A stretch of DNA of 64,000 bases, from NCBI RefSeq assembly GCF_009914755.1, contig NC_060948.1, one strand, 5' to 3'. A program made the position numbers and the translations under genes. The notes beneath the pieces are model-generated. The model worked only from the letters and a program-made list of their open reading frames with translations, did not search any database and was not told where the DNA came from. Shown piece after piece: positions 52,897 to 64,000 of this stretch (position 1 is the first letter of the stretch; each line of letters begins with the position of its first letter). Source of the DNA: the human T2T-CHM13v2.0 reference genome, Homo sapiens.

Positions 52897-53190
52897 TGGT
52901 ATGTGGCGCAGTGGTTTATGCCAGTAATCCCTGCATTTTGGGAGGCCAATGCAGGTGGATCACCTGCTATCAGGAGTTTCAGACAAGGCTCGCCAACATG
53001 GTGAAACTCTGTCTTTACTGAAAAAAAAAAACAAAAATTAGCTGGGCAGGGTGGCAGGAGCCTGTAGTCCCAGCTATGATACAGGAGAATCAGCTGAACT
53101 GTGGAAGTTGAAGTTGCAGTGAGCTGAGATCGTGCCATTGCACTCCAGCCTAGGAGACAGAGAAACTCCATCTCAAAAAAAAAAAAAAAA
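52897..53190 (+). mobile_element. Alu with internal deletion
   Basis: Alu body and A-tail. Confidence 0.88.
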
Positions 53191-53824
53191 AGGAAAGGAA
53201 AAAGAAAAATATCCAACAACTTTCCTTTCTCTAATGTCCCTAAAGTCTTTGGTAATGGTATTTATTCCTGTCTCTTACAATCTTTAACATTCTCACAACA
53301 CAAAACAACCAAAGTTAGTCTTCATGTTGAAAATCTTCAATGGATCTTTTACATCAGAAGATTGCTTAGTGTAATATTTAATGGAAAGGATTCATGCTGC
53401 TGAGATATAATTCTCCAGTAGTCTTTTAGAGTTTGTTGTTTTGCTATTTTTATGTCACATATCTCTCCTTTTCCAGGTTATTTTTCAAAGATTTTTGTAC
53501 AGAAATAGCCTGGGAAAACGGTAGTAATTTTTCTTTTCAGGTGAATGGCAGATAAATTACTCATCCAATATAAAAAAGACAGTTTTCTCTCTGAGACAAA
53601 TGTTGGACAGGTTTGCATGTAACCTACTTCTAAAAGATTGAGGTTTCTTAATCTTGAGTTTGCTCGGCTCTGATACAAATCTTCCACATGTGCAATGCGC
53701 ATCTGAGCCTTTTGAAATCCCTCCAAAAGATATAGTATGAACAAGGAGAACTAATATAAATATGAAGATTTTGCCTCCAGTTCTGCAGTCAATCATAAGT
53801 ATTTTGTCATTGAAACCATTTGTT

Positions 53825-54101
53825 TCTCAACTACGTATGACCCAGAAGTCCCCTCCTCACTTTGAGAATTCCTGCTTTTGCTTCAAATTGTCCTGCCTTT
53901 GCAGACCAAACCAATGTTAATCTTGCACACATTGATTGATGTCTCCTGTGTTCCTAGAATGTATAAAACCAAACTGTTCTGATGACCTTAGGCACACGTC
54001 CTCAGAACCTCCTGAAACTGTGTCACAGGCATGTGTCCCCAAACTTGGCCAAATATACTTTCTAAATTCACTGAGACCTGTCTCAAGTTATTAGGGTTCA
54101 C
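53825..54101 (+). mobile_element. MER4A-type LTR, 3' part
   Basis: accaatgttaatcttgcacacattgattgatgtctc...tgtataaaaccaa...ctgagacctgtctca...gggttcaca. Confidence 0.85.
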
Positions 54102-54477
54102 AATGGAGAGTGCATTGTAGCTCCACCCTGGGACTTCTCATTAACAGGAACTGCCCTGAATCTCTCCAGATGCAGCAAAACTAGGTACATGTAAATTGTA
54201 TGAAACTAAGTGGCACTTCCTAGAAGTATACTGATGAGTGTGGAGGAAAAACCAGGAAACGCCCACCTTTCAAAGACACAATAACACTGAATGATGGTTG
54301 ACATTTTCAGAGTCAACTTGTTTCCTGAGTCATCTCCACCAAATTTGAAAACATTCCAGGGTGAGCTATTGTCCCTCCAGCCTTAGGCTCTCCCGCTTCG
54401 GTCCCCTGCACCCTCCCCTCAACCCTTGCAGTGATCACAGTTTCTGATTCTGCAAAAGCAGATGGGAGCCCTGAACT

Positions 54478-54691
54478 CTGCTCACTGCAACCTCCACCTC
54501 CCGAGTTCCAGCTATTCTCCTGCCTCAGCCCCATGAGTAGCTGGGATTACAGGCATGTGCAGCCACATGCAGCAAATTGTATTTTTAGTGCAGATGGGGT
54601 TTCACTATTTAGGCCAGTCTGGTCTCACGTGAACGGCCCTTCTCGGCCTCCCAAAGTGCTGGGATTACAGTCAGAGCCACTGCACCCGGCC
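54478..54691 (-). mobile_element. Tail-less (3'-truncated) Alu at a probable block junction
   Basis: Starts abruptly at gctcactgcaacctcc. Confidence 0.8.
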
Positions 54692-55299
54692 AGAGAACAA
54701 TGGCTTTTTAATGATTTTTTTGAGTCATGAAGTCCTTTGAGAATATTATAAAAATTAGGAGCTCTCTCTCCAGTAAAATGCACACACATATACAGAATGT
54801 TCCCAGAGCCTCTGAAGCCCCACCATGCATCCCTGCCCAAGAATCCCTTGTCTATAGAATATGTTCTACTATAGTGCTATTCATCACAAAACAAGTTGCC
54901 CCATCACAACCTGATGTTGAAATGCACATTTGGAATCTTGCAGTCACGTAACCTTAAGTGTTCAGTCAAGAAAGACAGATTCCTCCCACAGCAATGTGGC
55001 AAAAACTTTGCATAGTACCCCAGGGCCTCCTGGACTGTTTATGATTCATCCATACACTTGAGCACGTACACAACAATCTGAGATGTGAAAGGCACAGAAG
55101 CTGGTCTTAATCTGAGCAAATCAGCAGCTTTCAGAAGCTGCAAGGAAATGAAGCATCTGAAAAAAATGAAAATTGTCCCTAACGATAGCTCAGAAAATAG
55201 GGCTGATTAGGCAAACTCTAGCCCCGAGTTTCAGTGGATCCCAGATGTCATGGATCACCAATCACTGTTACCATCCTCCTGGGAGCATACTGCTTACCT

Positions 55300-56960
<1,661 letters not shown>

Positions 56961-57054
56961 AGATAGAGCTTGAGACCATGCCCTAAACCATTGTTTTCTT
57001 GAGAATAATGTGTCCATATCAGCCCCTGTATATCAGAGATTCAAGATCACTTCA

Positions 57055-58085
57055 TATCGAGGAATCTGCCCTGATATTCACGTAGGTTCTTTTCTATTTT
57101 CCTTAAGTTTCATCCAGCTTGAGAAATAAAGGGACAGAGTACAAAATAAATTTTAAAGCTGGGCATCCAGGGAAGACATCACATGTCAGTAGGTTCTGTG
57201 ATATCCCACAAGCCACAAAAACCAGCAAGTTTTTATAAGGGAATTTCAAAAGGGGAGGGAGTGTGCGAATAGGTGTGGGTCACAGAAATCAAGTACTTTA
57301 CAAGGTAATAGAATATCACAAGGCAAGTAGGAGGCAGGGTGAGATCACAGGACCACATGACCGGGGCAAAATTAAAATAGCTAATGAAGATTCGGGCACC
57401 ATTGTCATTGATAACATCTTATCAGGAGACAGGATTTTGAGATCAACCGGTCTGACCAAAATTTATTAGGCAGGAATTTCCTCTTCCTAATGAGCCTGGG
57501 AGCACTATGGGAGACTGGGGTCTATTTTTTTCCCTGCAGTCTCGACCATAAGAGATGTCCACGCCTGGGGGGCCAGTTCAGAGACCCACCCCCAGGTTCG
57601 CATTCTCTTTCTCAGGGATATTCCTTGCTGAGAAAAAGAATTCAGTGTTATTTCTCCCATTTGCCTTTGAAAGAAGAGAAATATGGCTCTGTTCCACCCG
57701 GCTCACCGAACATTGCTCTTATCCTGTTCTTTTTTTCAAGGTGCCCAAATTTCATATTGCTCAAACACACATGCTGTACAATTTGTGCAGTTAATGCAAT
57801 TATTACAGGGTCCTGAGGTGATATACATCCTCCTCAGCTGACAGGATTAAGCGATTAAAATAATGACAGGCATAGGAAATCACAAGGGTATTGATTGGGG
57901 AAGTGATAAGTGTCCATGAAATCTTTACAATTTATGTTTAGAGACTGCAGTAAAGACAGGTATAAGAAATTACAAAAGTATTAATTTGGGGAACTAATAA
58001 ATGTCCATGAAATCTTCACAATCTGTGTTCTTCTGCCATGGCTTCAGCTGGTCCCTCCATTTGGGGTCCCTGACTTCCCACAACA
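57055..58085 (-). mobile_element. MER11 (HERV-K11/HML8) solo LTR
   Basis: gatattcacgtaggttcttttctattttcc...ggggtccctgacttcccacaaca; 6-bp TSD acttca / acttcg. Confidence 0.93.
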
Positions 58086-59691
58086 ACTTCGCTAACGTTT
58101 GAGACACTTCCCATTACTGGCTGGAGCTCCCCCACCTGTCCCTTCAGTTTTCATGGCTTGTGGGGGAACCACTGTCCCAAAAACATGCACACTGCTAGGG
58201 CCACATGCAGTTCTAAGAGATCAAAGACAGCCTTCTCCAAATCATTCTAGATCTGCTGTTAGTCTCAGTCAGCAAATGGCCACTGACTGCTCTAGTATTA
58301 GAGGGACAGCACTTCTCCCTGACCGCACCAACAGAAAGCATTCAGGGTTTGCTTGACGATTTCATGACGGAAATATATTGGGATGGAAGAATGTTCCCTG
58401 CAAGCTTGTTTTGGAACTTCAGAGCTCAGGCAGGCTCCAGTGACAATCGTGTGATTAGGGAGCCCAGACTGATGGCAGACCCAGGGCCCACTACTCTCCT
58501 CCAAATTCGCGAGGCTCCCATTGTCATGGCTCACAGGAATCCAAGAAGAGCACCAGGGACAGGAGGCAGACATCCTGACATTGTGACAAGGATGGGTAAT
58601 TGAACATAGCTAGGTTACATTAATCACCCAGGGTCAGAGAACACAACAAGGAAAGGAGAGAGGGGAGAAATCAGTCCAGGCTTTCTGGTCAGTTGGCACA
58701 GCAGCAGTGGCACAAAATGGGTTTATGTGAGGAATTTAGCTCATGTAATCTCTTACAGGGCACCCCCTCCTTGCAAATTGCCCCAAATATACATACAATT
58801 TACATTCAAGGCCAGCCCCAGCCTCCCCTCTGATGAGATTGCTGCCCTGAGCTCTTCCTTTATAGAAATGCTGGCAACCCCATGGCTACTCAGCCACCTA
58901 TGGTTTAGGGGGACCATAGAGGCTTGCATTTGCACTGCTGGATTCAGAGGCAGGGAGCCCTGAAGCCCACAGATAGTCTTCTAGATTTAACTATTCACAG
59001 AGATCAACTGGTCATTATCTCCTCTGGGATGTGTGTTCTGCAGACCCTGCTTTCTATTTGTACCTCACATCTGGCCCTGCCCAGAGGATTGATTTCAGCA
59101 AACATAAATTTGGAGGGAGCTGTCCATCTTGGAAAATATTCTGGAATGGAGGCCTGAAAGCAGGGAGGAAATATGTTTCCCAGGAACCAAATGCAATGTT
59201 CAAATACAAATCATGCCTGAACACTCCCTAGGCTTCTCTGAGTGGGTTACATGACTGCAGGCTCAGGGAGCTTCAGGAGATGTGCACCATCTGGCCTCAG
59301 TGAGCAGAATCTGTAGGAGTTGCCACATGGCCTCTGACCTTGTGTATGATCTAGGTGAAGATACATATTTTTCTTACAATATGACAGAGAGCATGAAGCT
59401 AGAAGCAGGAACATTTGAGATGACAGAACCAGGAATCCAAAAGATAGTGTAAAATAAGGGTAAAGTGCTGACTAAAAGATGAAATTTATGAATAGCAGGA
59501 ACAGATACCATCTTGCACTTTGCTCAACAACATAAACAAAATCAACCAAAGGACCCTGCCAAGGTTTAGATTCTTGTCAATGTTACCCTCAGCACAAAAC
59601 ATAATCTTGTGAAGTCCCACTTCCTCACTTGTAAAACATTATGACGTTATTATGAGAATTAAATCAGTTAATGTAGGCAAAGTGCTTACTT

Positions 59692-60258
59692 ATGGTGATG
59701 ATGATGGTGGTGGTGGTGGTGGTGATAATGGTGATGGTATGAAGGTGGTGATGAAGATGATGGTGGTGATGGTGATGGGTGATGGTGATGGTGCTGGTGA
59801 TTATGGTGATGGTGATGATGGTGGTGGTGATGATGGTGATGATAGTGATGATGGTGATGGTATGATGATGTGGTGGTTACAGTGATGGTGATGATGATGG
59901 TGGTGACAGTGATGATGGTGGTGATGGTGATGGTGGTGATGGTGATCGTCATTATGGTAATGATGGTGGTGGAAATGATGGTGATGATTGGTTATGGTGA
60001 TGATGTTGGTGATGGTGGTGATGGTGATTTTGGTATGATGGTTATAGCAATGGTAATGATGGTGATGGTAATACTGGTAGTGATAGTGATGGTGATGGTG
60101 ATGGTGATGGTGTTGATGGTGATGTGATGATCTTGATGGTGGTGATGGTGATGATGATGATGCTGATGGTGGTGATAGTGATGGTGATGGTGATGATGAT
60201 GGTGGTGATAGTGATGGTGATGGAAGATGATGATGATGATGATGATGATGATGGTGAT
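59692..60258 (+). repeat. Degenerate (GGT/GAT)n trinucleotide low-complexity tract, ~570 bp
   Basis: Seen directly; flanked by MIR-like fragments. Confidence 0.95.
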
Positions 60259-60583
60259 ATATAACACATGGTACTAATCACAGTGCTTCCCACTAGGCAG
60301 TCTCATTCCAGAGCCTATGTTCTTAACCATCTTACTATACTAATTCTCATGAGTGTTAAGTATAATTATTATAATTTTTACTGACTAGGAAGAAATGTGG
60401 CTGATCCACAGCATGTGTAAAAATGGCATTAAGGATGATGGCTGACAGCAAGTACAACCTGAGTCACATAAAGACTGTCTGTAAGTGAGAGGTGGTGACA
60501 GTTCCAAGCTACTTTTGCAGCATAGATATCACAAGAGGAGAGGCCTAAAGACACACAGAGCAGGATCAGAAGGAAATGACTAT

Positions 60584-61085
<502 letters not shown>

Positions 61086-61399
61086 ACAGCCAGAGGACCT
61101 GGCACGTTTTGCCTGAAAAAAATACTTGAGGGACATTCCAGCCACTTTCTAAGGCCTTAAGCCTGCTACATAAAATCCAAGGTCCAGAAGTAGGCCATGT
61201 GAATGTGAGTCCTAGGTAGACGGATCTCAGCTCAATATAGGAAATCCTTTCTGACGTGTTGACCCAAGATGAACAGGAAGCATCATGTCCCAGAAGCATC
61301 TGAGTGCTGGCAGAATCCAGAATTCTGGGACTCAAACACTGGATAGGGGAGTAGCTATTTTACAGGCTCTAAATAGCTCCTCCTAGTGTGGGACTAGGA

Positions 61400-61540
61400 C
61401 CATCTGACGACCATATGCATCACCCGGGGGCTTGTTAGACACATTGATCCAGAGTCTCCACCCCAGCCACTGAGTCTGAATCTGTATTTTCACAAGTTGC
61501 ACAGGTGATCTGTGTGCACATGAATGCTAACAAGCACTGA
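61400..61540 (+). mobile_element. MER5A-like DNA transposon remnant
   Basis: catcacccgggggcttgttaga...ctgagtctgaatctgtattttcacaag...caggtgat...agcactg. Confidence 0.7.
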
Positions 61541-61970
61541 TGTGGAGACCATCTGAAAAAGACTCAGGTCCAGGTGGGCTGCAGCTATGAATATCAACAG
61601 TGGGGAGAAACCTGGGGCAAGCAAGAGCACGTGGTTCTAGAGTCTGGTCTTTAAGGGGATGGCCCAGCTGTGCTTCCAGCCCAGCTGCTCCAATTATGTC
61701 TGTTTTTTTAATCTAGTGGGGCTCAGAAGAGTCCATCAAATTTGCATAAGGAGGCCTCAGGTAAAGGGGCTCATGGGTACAGGTACTCATCTGACACCTC
61801 ATTAAGCCATCTTGGTAAATCATCTCTAGAATGCCTGTTGGTATTTTAGGAAACAACATAAAGGGAATGACAATTAAAAGTAACAACCTGAGTGGGAATT
61901 TCTACTTCCTTCCAGTGGCTGGCAAGTAAAGCACTTTGGGAATTTTTTGGTATGGTAACAATTCTATACA

Positions 61971-64000
<2,030 letters not shown>

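Noticed and set aside
59652-60293. Poly-His, poly-Thr/Ile and Met/Val ORFs
   Set aside because: Artefacts of the trinucleotide low-complexity tract.

Overview
Repeat-dense primate (almost certainly human) pericentromeric mosaic with no intact protein-coding gene. From left to right it contains: (1) old monomeric alpha satellite (1-2310), cut off by an L1 ORF1 fragment; (2) a ~8.6 kb diverged, minus-strand copy of the rDNA intergenic spacer (no rRNA genes) that appears to keep a state older than the CDC27-pseudogene insertion; (3) KRAB-ZNF (ZNF91-type) intron and KRAB-B remnants hosting an AK6 retrocopy with an extended 3' end; (4) an unprocessed, deletion-collapsed CLUH pseudogene; (5) an orphan KRAB-ZNF promoter/exon 1 interrupted by a two-LTR HERV-Fc2-type provirus (Phe PBS, three Gag zinc knuckles, RT deleted, env disrupted); (6) nested L1s, MER4A and MER11 LTRs, a MIR/MER5-rich block, a long (GGT/GAT)n tract and a 5'-inverted L1PA3-like element. 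Family assignments come from my recall of consensus and reference sequences, not from a search. Subfamily calls and comparisons with reference rDNA need confirming by alignment. I found no evidence of a new functional system; the best leads are evolutionary fossils and unusual retroelement structures.
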